DNA of 64,000 nt from assembly GCA_963677435.1 (NCBI GenBank), contig OY781945.1, forward strand, positions 1-64,000. The letters run 5' to 3'. A program made the translations under genes and the position numbers. Below are positions 28,311-36,239 of this stretch, in pieces. Below the pieces are notes generated by a model. The model saw only the letters and a program-made list of their open reading frames with translations, was not told the DNA's origin and ran no database searches. The DNA comes from an uncultured Aliarcobacter sp. GTDB taxonomy: Bacteria; Campylobacterota; Campylobacteria; Campylobacterales; Arcobacteraceae. Within the stretch, counting starts at the first letter, position 1; each line of letters starts with the position of its first letter.

Positions 28311-29084
28311 CTACTTTGATATGTACTCAAAAGGAGTTAAACCATAAACTCTTTTAAAGTGTCTATTTAAGTGTGATAAATCAGTAAATCCAAACTCAAC
28401 AACAGTTGCATATAAATCTTTTGTAGCATCAAGATATTTTTTTGCGTGAATGAGTTTGGTGTTTAAAAAATATTGATATGGACTTAATCCTGTATTTGAT
28501 TTAAACATTCGTATAAATTGAAATTTAGAGATATTAAACTCTTTTGACATTTGTTCTAAATCTAAAACATTATCAAGTTCATAGTACATCATCTCTTTTG
28601 CTTTTTTTATAAACTCTGTTTCATTTTTATAGTGGATTAAAAAATCTTTTGAGCTAAAATTATCCACCAAATTTAAATACAATTCACTACAAATTACTTC
28701 ATCTTTTTCATTTAAAATTGCACTGTTTAGGTTTAAAATATCCTGTTTTATTTTTTCATCATAAATTATTGGATTTGAAAATTTTATAATCTCTTTTTTT
28801 TCTAATCCTTCTAAAAAAAGTTCAGGCTTTATATAGAGCATAACATAATCTAAACCCTCTTTATAGTGTTCTGCTTTTCCATCATGAATTTGTTCAGGAT
28901 TAAAAAGCATAATTCCATTTTCATAAGATTTTAAAGAGTGTCCATCTAAAGAATAATCTTGTACACCTTTTAGTGTAACTCCAATTGCATACTCTTCATG
29001 AGCGTGTTTTTTATAGGAAAACTTATTCATACTTGCTTTTAAAGCAGTAATTCCTAAAGAGTTTTTATAAATAAATTTATCCAT
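28311..29084 (-). CDS. AraC family transcriptional regulator (cupin-type binding domain + HTH)
   Basis: KHAHEEYAIG N-domain; SKFQFIRMFK and GFTDLSHLNRHFKRVYGLTP. Confidence 0.93.
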   Translation of the reverse strand: MDKFIYKNSLGITALKASMNKFSYKKHAHEEYAIGVTLKGVQDYSLDGHSLKSYENGIMLFNPEQIHDGKAEHYKEGLDYVMLYIKPELFLEGLEKKEIIKFSNPIIYDEKIKQDILNLNSAILNEKDEVICSELYLNLVDNFSSKDFLIHYKNETEFIKKAKEMMYYELDNVLDLEQMSKEFNISKFQFIRMFKSNTGLSPYQYFLNTKLIHAKKYLDATKDLYATVVEFGFTDLSHLNRHFKRVYGLTPFEYISK

Positions 29085-29879
29085 TTATAAATCCAAATAT
29101 ATTTCACATTTTGAAAATAAAACTGCTTTTCCAGATAGTTTTATTCTATTTCCATTTAATTTTGTATATAAATATCCACCTCTAAAAGAGTCTTGATAAG
29201 CAACTATTTTATCTTTTTGTAAAATCTTTGCCCAATATGGAATAATATGACAATGACCTGAACCACAAACTGGGTCTTCTAAAATATTACATTTTGGAGC
29301 AAATGACCTTGATACACAATCTACTTTATCGCCTTTTGCAGTTACATGAACTAAAAGCCCGTCTAACTCTTTTATCTTTTCAAAATTTGGAACTATATTA
29401 TGAACTTCTTCTTTTGAGTTTACAATACAAAGTAAATCTCTTCCCATATATGCTTCAACAATATCAACCCCAAGTATATCTTTCATTTTATCTGTTACAT
29501 CAACTTTTTTTAAATCATAACTAGGAAAATCCATAGTATATAAATCATCTTTTAAAGTAACAGTTAATACTCCACTTAATGTTTCAAAGGCTATTTCCTT
29601 TTGATTGGGAATAATATAGTTTAAATATACAAAAGCGGTTGCCAACGTTGCGTGTCCACATAAATCAATTTCACCACCAGGAGTAAACCATCTTAAATGA
29701 TATTTATCATTTGTTTTAACTACAAAAGCGGTTTCTGATAGATTGTTTTCTTGAGTGATTTTTAATAAAATTTCATCACTTAACCAAGAATCTAAAACGC
29801 AAACAGCTGCAGGATTTCCTTTGAAAACTATATTTGTAAAAGCATTTATAATATATTGATTTAATTTTATTTTATTCAT
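29085..29879 (-). CDS. PhzF-family isomerase/epimerase
   Basis: NAFT..FKGNPAAV, NLSETAF, RWFTP, EIDLCGHATLA, EDPVCGS; start moved to ATG 29879 behind GAGG. Confidence 0.92.
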   Translation of the reverse strand: MNKIKLNQYIINAFTNIVFKGNPAAVCVLDSWLSDEILLKITQENNLSETAFVVKTNDKYHLRWFTPGGEIDLCGHATLATAFVYLNYIIPNQKEIAFETLSGVLTVTLKDDLYTMDFPSYDLKKVDVTDKMKDILGVDIVEAYMGRDLLCIVNSKEEVHNIVPNFEKIKELDGLLVHVTAKGDKVDCVSRSFAPKCNILEDPVCGSGHCHIIPYWAKILQKDKIVAYQDSFRGGYLYTKLNGNRIKLSGKAVLFSKCEIYLDL

Positions 29880-29887
29880 TTTAACCT

Positions 29888-30478
29888 CTAAAAGTAGTTT
29901 TCTATCCCTGAAATTGTATAGGCACAATATACCAAAAATAAAGACATAACAATATTAACAAATCTTTGATATTTTTCTAAAAAAGTTTTTAATAAACTTC
30001 CAGCCATGACCCAAGAAAAAAATGAAATAGCACCAATAATAGTTACACCTAAAGCAAATAACAATAATTCATCAATAGAACTATAATATGGCATTACAAA
30101 ACTTGGAAAAATTGTTAAAGCAAATACCACTCCTTTTGGATTGATAAATTGCATAAGAAATCCAACTTTAAAAGTTGCAAACTCTTTTTTATCTTTAATA
30201 GCTCCGTTCATATTAAAAATTAAATAAGCCAAATATAACATATAAATTGAGCCAATAATTTGCATAACAAATAAAATATTTGGTAAAACACTATTCAAAT
30301 ATGAGTTTAAAACAACAGATAATACCAATAATATTCCAAAAGCCAAAATAGCACCATAACAAAATTTAAGGGCTTTTTGTACTCCATGATTATTTACAGT
30401 TGAGAGGATTAAAATATTGTTTGGACCTGGAGTTATTGTCGCAACAAAACAATAAAATATGAAAAATGTTAGATTCAT
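29888..30478 (-). CDS. LysE family translocator
   Basis: TPGPNN, YMLYLAY, QFINPK motifs. Confidence 0.92.
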   Translation of the reverse strand: MNLTFFIFYCFVATITPGPNNILILSTVNNHGVQKALKFCYGAILAFGILLVLSVVLNSYLNSVLPNILFVMQIIGSIYMLYLAYLIFNMNGAIKDKKEFATFKVGFLMQFINPKGVVFALTIFPSFVMPYYSSIDELLLFALGVTIIGAISFFSWVMAGSLLKTFLEKYQRFVNIVMSLFLVYCAYTISGIENYF

Positions 30479-30501
30479 TTGATTATTCCTAATTTTTTCG
30501 A

Positions 30502-30542
30502 ATTATACTTTTTCAAAAGAAATTAGGATAGTACATTATTGC
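30502..30542 (-). promoter_or_regulatory. lysE promoter with a third copy of the operator half-site
   Basis: GCAATAATGTACTAT (30542-30528, minus strand), 20 nt, then TATAAT (30507-30502). Confidence 0.7.
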
Positions 30543-30850
30543 ATGACAAAATTTTAAAACTAAATCAGATTATGAGTATATATTTGAAGATAATGAAAGT
30601 TTTACTATTTTATTTGATAAAGATATGAAAATTCTTAATTTTAAAATATTTAAAGAAGATATTAAAAATAGACAAGATTTAATAACTGAATTTTTTCATA
30701 TCACAAATATTTATGAGTTAAATTCAAAATTAAATAAAAGAATTTATAAAGAGCTTTTATTTAAATTCAATAGATTTATTTTTTAATTTATTAATATTTA
30801 AATCTTTTACTAATATCAATCAACTACTAAAAGTGAGGCGCTAGAGTAAT

Positions 30851-30900
30851 TGTAAATTCCAAGTTTTTTTGACCTTTATCCAAAAATAGTCTGATCAATT
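30851..30900. mobile_element. Possible IS21-family terminal sequence downstream of the istB remnant
   Basis: TG-initiated TGTAAATTCCAAGTTTTTTTGACC followed by a second TGATC motif, just beyond the istB stop; resemblance judged by eye only. Confidence 0.35.
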
Positions 30901-30930
30901 TCAAAATAAATTAAAAAAAATTTACATTTT

Positions 30931-31212
30931 TTAATTTATTTTTCTCATACTATCACCATCCAATTCGATTTTAATTGAACTATATGTTTATCTATCAACA
31001 ATTGCATTAGCTAATGTTTTATTTTTCATACAAGATACCCAATTTTCAAGTGGAACTTGAGATGCAAAAATTATTGAAGGAATATATTCTCTAACCCCAA
31101 TTATTTCAAATAATATGCTTTCATCATCAATGCTTAATGGTCTAGCTCTAAAATCATCTATTATTAATAAATCTATTTTTTTTAAATCATTTAAATATTT
31201 ATCTAAATCTCT
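30931..31212 (-). pseudogene. istB: IS21-family IstB ATPase C-terminal remnant
   Basis: Manual translation RDLDKYLNDLKKIDLLIIDDFRARPLSIDDESILFEIIGVREYIPSIIFASQVPLENW...LANAIVDR*TYSSIKIELDGDSMRKIN*. Walker B and the AIVDR(L)/GDS(M)R motifs are present, with a premature TAA at 30988-30990 and no 5' half. Confidence 0.85.
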
Positions 31213-31266
31213 TTAATTCACTTATCCAAAAATATCTTACTGTATAACTTACATAAATTAATTTGA

Positions 31267-31346
31267 CTACATTAAGCAGGACATAAAAAATGATGGACAA
31301 ATTGTTACAAATATGAGTTTAATATACGAAAGTTCCATAACCTGTA
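31267..31346. repeat. ~80-bp direct repeat, copy 2
   Basis: Near-identical to 26871-26949; runs straight into the 17-bp repeat. Confidence 0.9.
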
Positions 31347-31362
31347 CTTTTTGGCACAAATT
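31346..31362. repeat. 17-bp direct repeat, right copy
   Basis: ACTTTTTGGCACAAATT versus ACTTTTTGGAACAAATT at 22623-22639 (16/17). Confidence 0.7.
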
Positions 31363-31409
31363 CGACTAAGCAAGATTAACTATGCTAAAATTCTAAGACT
31401 ATCAAACTT

Positions 31410-31433
31410 TGACACAAAACTCTGAACGGTCTC
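31410..31433 (-). repeat. IS256-type right terminal inverted repeat
   Basis: TGACACAAAACTCTGAACGGTCTC, inverted relative to 22011-22034. Confidence 0.72.
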
Positions 31434-31441
31434 ATTAACCT

Positions 31442-31960
31442 CTATTTATGATCTTCTTTTATCCATCTTCTTTTCATATTATGTATGTAAACAATTAATA
31501 TAAAAAATACAGAAGATGTTATTCCTAAGGCAATTAATAGATCTGTTTCACTTGGAGTACTATCAAGTAAAATAAGTTTTCTAATAATCACTACAAAGGC
31601 AATTTCTAAAAAAGTTAAAGCATAATCAAAACCATTTTTAATAAATAAGGTTTTTACAATTGCAATTACAATTAAAGTAAATAATCCATCTGTTAATATT
31701 GTTTTTATTGAAGAGAAATCCAATGCACCTTGATCAAGGGTAAAAGAGACTATTTTATGTGATAAACTCATAAGACAAATAGCTAAATAAACAATCATTA
31801 TTAATATAAAAACATATTTAAGCATATTAATAATTCTTAATAAAATCACATCAACTTTACTTTCTAAAACTTTATCTATACTATTTAATTTTACAAAAAC
31901 TTTTTCCACTATGCCTTTTTTTGCTTCTCTCAATATTTTGCCTTCATTATAAGCTAACAA
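31442..31960 (-). CDS. PsiE-like (phosphate-starvation-inducible E family) membrane protein
   Basis: Four TM helices; ILTDGLFTLIVIAIVKT and FLEIAFVVIIRKLI pattern; start uncertain. Confidence 0.7.
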   Translation of the reverse strand: MLAYNEGKILREAKKGIVEKVFVKLNSIDKVLESKVDVILLRIINMLKYVFILIMIVYLAICLMSLSHKIVSFTLDQGALDFSSIKTILTDGLFTLIVIAIVKTLFIKNGFDYALTFLEIAFVVIIRKLILLDSTPSETDLLIALGITSSVFFILIVYIHNMKRRWIKEDHK

Positions 31961-32015
31961 TTTTTGCGAATATTAGCATATGTGAACCTAAATAATAGAT
32001 AAAAATAATCTCTTT

Positions 32016-34805
32016 TTAAACTATTTTAGTAAATTCTTCAAATAACTTATCGTTAAGTGGAATTTCTAATTTCAACTCTAAACTAATTGGTTTATTTCCC
32101 TCATATTTAATACTATTTGCTAAACCTAAATATATAAAATTTTGGGTTTTTCTATCTACTTGGGCAAATTTTCTCACAAAAATATGAAGTTTCACTCCAT
32201 GCTTTTGGTTTTCTATCAATCTTTCTCCATCGCCTTTATCTTGACTTTGAGATGGTTTACTTTGATAAGTAAAAACTTCTTTTGATAAAAAAGCATTAAA
32301 ATAATTCGCAGATTTTGAAAACTTCTCTTTTTCAAGATTTATAAACAAGAAAAAGTCATCTTGATATTTTAAAAATCCACTTCCTCTAAATGAACTATGA
32401 ATTTTTGGAAAGTTACAAAGTTGAGCAATATTTAACATATTATATTTTGAATAAAGTTTTAAAAATGGCATTCCAAAATCAAGGGTTTTAAACTCCTCTT
32501 CATAGGTATAAATTCCATAATTCAGACTATCTTCAAAAATATCTTTGTAATCTTTATTTTCTAAAAGCTGTGAAAACTCTTTTGTTTTTGTAAGTTTTGT
32601 TCCATCAAAATTTACACATTTTAAATATCTACTCGTTTGTCCTGAATCAAAATAGTCTTGATTTAGATATAAAAAACTATGAATTATAGTTTTTTTACAA
32701 ACTCTATCTAAATATTTATCTAAAATTTTAAAAGCGATATTTTCATCACAAAAGTCATTAAATAAAAGATATTTTAAAATTACAAATTCATAAACTCTTT
32801 TTATTGGAAGTTGATTTTCAATAAATCGTATAGCTTTGATAAAATCTTCATTTAAACAAAAATTTGTGTAAATATCTTTTGTTCTTCCAATTTCTACTTT
32901 TGATAAAAACTCCACATAAGATTTGCTTTCATCTATAAAATTTAAAGGATTTATTAAATCATCAAAGGCTAAATAATCTGTTAGTTTTGGTATTTTGTTG
33001 TTTATCAAAGCTTTAAATTCAAAATATTGTTCTTTTAAATATTTAAGATTATTAAAGTTTTGATTTTCAATTTGCTCTAAAATTCTTTGTTTTGAAATCT
33101 CATCCATACAGATAAAGGCATTTTGAAAATTTGCAAAATTATTCATTAGTGAGAGTTTCAAACTATCTTTATCAATGGCTTTATTTCCAGCAAGTGCTAA
33201 AGCAATTAAATATGCTTTTTTATGGTTTCCTATAAAATCAAGAACAGTTAAAAACTCTTTATTTTTATGTTTTCTTAAACCTCGACCAAGTTGCTGTATA
33301 AAAACAATAGGAGAATTTGTTGGTCGTAAAAACAAAACTGTATTAATTGAGGGAATATCTATTCCTTCATTAAAAATATCAACTGTGAAAATTACTTCTA
33401 AAGAATCATCTTCACTCTCTAGTTTTTTGATAATTTCTTCTCTTTTTATAACTGAATCTTCACTTGTGAGATATGTGGAATTTATTCCTCTTTTATTAAA
33501 CTCTTCACTCATATAAAAACAATGTTCTTTTGAAACACAAAAACCAATGGCTTTTCTTTTTGCTCCAAAGTATGAGTAAAAATTCATCTGTTCAATTATA
33601 AATTCAACTCTTTTATTTACTTTTAGAAGTTTCGCTAATTCATCTATTTTGTTTAAATCTACATTTTCATAGTCTATTGATTTTATATCACTTATTCCAA
33701 AATAGTGAAAAGGAACAACCAGATTATTTTCAAGCGCTTCATTTAATCTAATATCACAAGCAATATTTTCATCAAATATCTCATAAATAGAATTTCCATC
33801 CATTCTATTTGAAGTAGCAGTAAGTCCCAATAAAAACTGCGGTTTAAAATACTCTATGATTTTTTTGTAGCTAGGGCTTGTTGAGTGGTGAGCTTCATCA
33901 ATTATTATGTAATCAAACTGCTCTTTTTCAAACTCTTCAAAATATAAACTCATGGTTTGAATAGTTGAAAATAGATAATCTTGCTCTTTCTCTTTTTTAT
34001 TTCCTGTAAATAATCCATAGGTTCTATTTGGAATAATATTTTCAAAACTCTGTTTTGCACTTAAAAGTATATTTTCTCTGTGAACTAAAAAAAGCATTTT
34101 TTTTGCCTTGAAGTTTTTCACATCAAAAGCACTAAGATAAGTTTTTCCAGTTCCAGTTGCTGCAATTATTAAAGCTCTGTTTTGTTTTTTTTGTCGTAGA
34201 TTTTCTAGCTTTTCTAAGGCCATTTTTTGCATGAAGTTTGTTTTTATACTTTTATTAAAAAGGGGGAAATCTCTTTTTTCATTCTTTATTGAGTTTAAAT
34301 AAAGTTCATAAGCTCTTAAAAACTTTTCATCTACAGCATAAGAATCATTCCATAAAAGATTAAACTCATCTAAAATATTTTGTAAAAAAATATCATCTTT
34401 TTTTACACTTGTTTTAACATTCCACTCAATATTTGTTTTAAAAGCACTGGCTGTTATATTTGAAGAACCTACAATTATTTCAGAAGAATCTTCAAATTCA
34501 AAGATATAAGATTTACTATGAAAGCCTATATTCGTCTCATTTGAATCATAGATTTTTAGTTCTATATTTGAAAACTCTTTTAGTTTTTCTAAGGCCTTAA
34601 CTTGAGTGAAATTTAGATAGGTTGAAGTTAGAATTTTACCTTTTATATTTTTGTTTTCAAGCTTTGAGAAAACATCCAATAAAAGCTGGACTCCACTATA
34701 ATTTATGAAAGCCACATTAAAAATAAAAGAGTTAGCTTCTAAGAGAAGTTTTGTGATATGATTGTAGAAATTTGTTGATTGATTATTTGTGATTAGATTA
34801 TTCAA
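32016..34805 (-). CDS. PLD nuclease - SF2 helicase - DUF3427 protein (SauUSI-like type IV restriction enzyme candidate)
   Basis: GFHSKSYIF...VGSSNIT...NIEWN (PLD), ATGTGKT, IIDEAHH, GLTAT, FNEGIDIP, QQLGRGLR, C-terminal FTYQS...HIFVRK...FIYLG. Confidence 0.85.
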   Translation of the reverse strand: MNNLITNNQSTNFYNHITKLLLEANSFIFNVAFINYSGVQLLLDVFSKLENKNIKGKILTSTYLNFTQVKALEKLKEFSNIELKIYDSNETNIGFHSKSYIFEFEDSSEIIVGSSNITASAFKTNIEWNVKTSVKKDDIFLQNILDEFNLLWNDSYAVDEKFLRAYELYLNSIKNEKRDFPLFNKSIKTNFMQKMALEKLENLRQKKQNRALIIAATGTGKTYLSAFDVKNFKAKKMLFLVHRENILLSAKQSFENIIPNRTYGLFTGNKKEKEQDYLFSTIQTMSLYFEEFEKEQFDYIIIDEAHHSTSPSYKKIIEYFKPQFLLGLTATSNRMDGNSIYEIFDENIACDIRLNEALENNLVVPFHYFGISDIKSIDYENVDLNKIDELAKLLKVNKRVEFIIEQMNFYSYFGAKRKAIGFCVSKEHCFYMSEEFNKRGINSTYLTSEDSVIKREEIIKKLESEDDSLEVIFTVDIFNEGIDIPSINTVLFLRPTNSPIVFIQQLGRGLRKHKNKEFLTVLDFIGNHKKAYLIALALAGNKAIDKDSLKLSLMNNFANFQNAFICMDEISKQRILEQIENQNFNNLKYLKEQYFEFKALINNKIPKLTDYLAFDDLINPLNFIDESKSYVEFLSKVEIGRTKDIYTNFCLNEDFIKAIRFIENQLPIKRVYEFVILKYLLFNDFCDENIAFKILDKYLDRVCKKTIIHSFLYLNQDYFDSGQTSRYLKCVNFDGTKLTKTKEFSQLLENKDYKDIFEDSLNYGIYTYEEEFKTLDFGMPFLKLYSKYNMLNIAQLCNFPKIHSSFRGSGFLKYQDDFFLFINLEKEKFSKSANYFNAFLSKEVFTYQSKPSQSQDKGDGERLIENQKHGVKLHIFVRKFAQVDRKTQNFIYLGLANSIKYEGNKPISLELKLEIPLNDKLFEEFTKIV

Positions 34806-34917
34806 AAAATACCTTAAATTTAATTATTGATTATAATTAAATCAAGTGTAATTTATGATAAATCACAATTTATTCACACTGCGAATATATGATTCAACAA
34901 ATACATAAAGGATTTTT

Positions 34918-35502
34918 ATGAAAAAATTAATTTTGGTTTCACTTTTAACGCTTGGTTCAAGTTTGTTTGCTGCAGATATTGGAGTTAGTATTCAAACACC
35001 AATTGGAAATGGTGGAATGCTTGGTCTAAATTTCAAATCAGATGACCATAGATATGACAACAGATATAGAAATTTTGATTATAATAGATATGGTTATGCC
35101 GATGACTTTGGATATTATTATGGATATTTTGACAGAGCTGGATATTTTTATAATAATATTTATTTCTTATTTGATAGTAGATATACATATTATGATAGAT
35201 TACATCATAGAGGTCATTTTGATTCACACCACCCTCATTATAGAAAATATAAATTTGACAAAAAAAATGATTGGAATAGATCAAAACACTATAGAAATGA
35301 TGGTGAAGTAATTTATGGTCATTATTATGATAGACCAAATAATCAAAAACAAATTAATTATAATAATGGGCACAATCCAAAACAAAATTATAATGAGCAT
35401 AATAAAAAAGAAAACTATCAAAAGCATGATAGAAAACAAGATAATAGAAATAATTACGATGATAACAATAACCATCAAAGAAATGATTACAAACATAAAT
35501 AA
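34918..35502 (+). CDS. Exported Tyr/Asp/Arg/His-rich low-complexity hypothetical protein
   Basis: AAGGA RBS, signal peptide MKKLILVSLLTLGSSLFA, Tyr-rich core, polar disordered tail. Confidence 0.7.
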   Translation: MKKLILVSLLTLGSSLFAADIGVSIQTPIGNGGMLGLNFKSDDHRYDNRYRNFDYNRYGYADDFGYYYGYFDRAGYFYNNIYFLFDSRYTYYDRLHHRGHFDSHHPHYRKYKFDKKNDWNRSKHYRNDGEVIYGHYYDRPNNQKQINYNNGHNPKQNYNEHNKKENYQKHDRKQDNRNNYDDNNNHQRNDYKHK

Positions 35503-35516
35503 TAACAAGGGAAGTA

Positions 35517-36239
35517 ATGGAAGAGAAAAGTGTAGTTTATTATTTAACTTTTGAAGATATTAAAGATAAAAATATTCTTTTCAACTACATTTATGCAAAT
35601 GAAAATTCAAACTTTTATTTAAGTGATGATTTATCAAAAGATTTTTATATAAATCAAGCATATTGTGGTTTTATTTCAACCTCTATTTATATAAAAAAGA
35701 AATTTTATTTAGTTCCTGAGATGCAATTTGAATATGCAATATTAGATTTTGAAGATTTGCATATTAGTAAAAAAGTAAAAAAACTTTTAAATAAAAATGA
35801 TTTTATTTTTACAATAAATAAAAATTTTGATGAAGTGATCAAAAATATTCAAGCTCACCACGAAACAAATTGGTTGTCTTGGGAATATCATCAATTACTA
35901 AAAGAGCTTTTAGAGTATAAACATACAAGCATTGATTTTGAAGTTAAAAGTTTTGAGCTTTGGGATAAAAGTACGAATACTTTAGTTGCAGGAGAAGTTG
36001 GTTATAAAATCTCTTCAACTTACACTTCACTTACAGGTTTTTGCCTAAAAGATAAAAAATATAATAATTTTGGGAAACTTCAATTAGTTGTTTTAGCAAA
36101 ATATCTTCAAAAGAATAATTATAGTTTTTGGAATTTAGGTCATCCATATATGCAGTATAAATTTGATTTAGGAGCGAAAACCTTTTCAAGAAAAGATTTT
36201 CTAAAAAGATGGTTAAAGGAAGTTAACCTTCCTTTTTAA
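35517..36239 (+). CDS. Leucyl/phenylalanyl-tRNA-protein transferase-like (Aat-like) protein
   Basis: LHISKKVKKLL, FTINKNFDEVI, SFELW...LVAGEVG, GAKTFSRKDFL; divergent from canonical Aat. Confidence 0.65.
   Translation: MEEKSVVYYLTFEDIKDKNILFNYIYANENSNFYLSDDLSKDFYINQAYCGFISTSIYIKKKFYLVPEMQFEYAILDFEDLHISKKVKKLLNKNDFIFTINKNFDEVIKNIQAHHETNWLSWEYHQLLKELLEYKHTSIDFEVKSFELWDKSTNTLVAGEVGYKISSTYTSLTGFCLKDKKYNNFGKLQLVVLAKYLQKNNYSFWNLGHPYMQYKFDLGAKTFSRKDFLKRWLKEVNLPF

Larger units (their letters stand above)
22011..31433. mobile_element. IS256-derived cargo element / accessory island bounded by imperfect terminal inverted repeats
   Basis: Left end GGGAGTGTTAGAAATTTTGTGTCA (22011-22034) and right end reverse complement GAGACCGTTCAGAGTTTTGTGTCA (31410-31433) match at 17/24, inner 10 bp identical. 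An IS256 transposase remnant follows the left end. The element sits between two convergent chromosomal genes. No clean target-site duplication seen. Confidence 0.72.

Noticed and set aside
30547..30786. Stop-free plus-strand frame (...DYEYIFEDNESF...FNRFIF)
   Set aside because: No convincing start or RBS and no recognisable motif; possibly a truncated gene remnant, but not supportable.
22001..31445. Target-site duplication flanking the IS256-bounded island
   Set aside because: The flanks share only ATTAA, which is too short and AT-rich to count as the expected 8-9 bp duplication.
35033..35554. Several overlapping ORFs on both strands
   Set aside because: By-products of the low-complexity composition of the 34918-35502 gene, which has the RBS and signal peptide.
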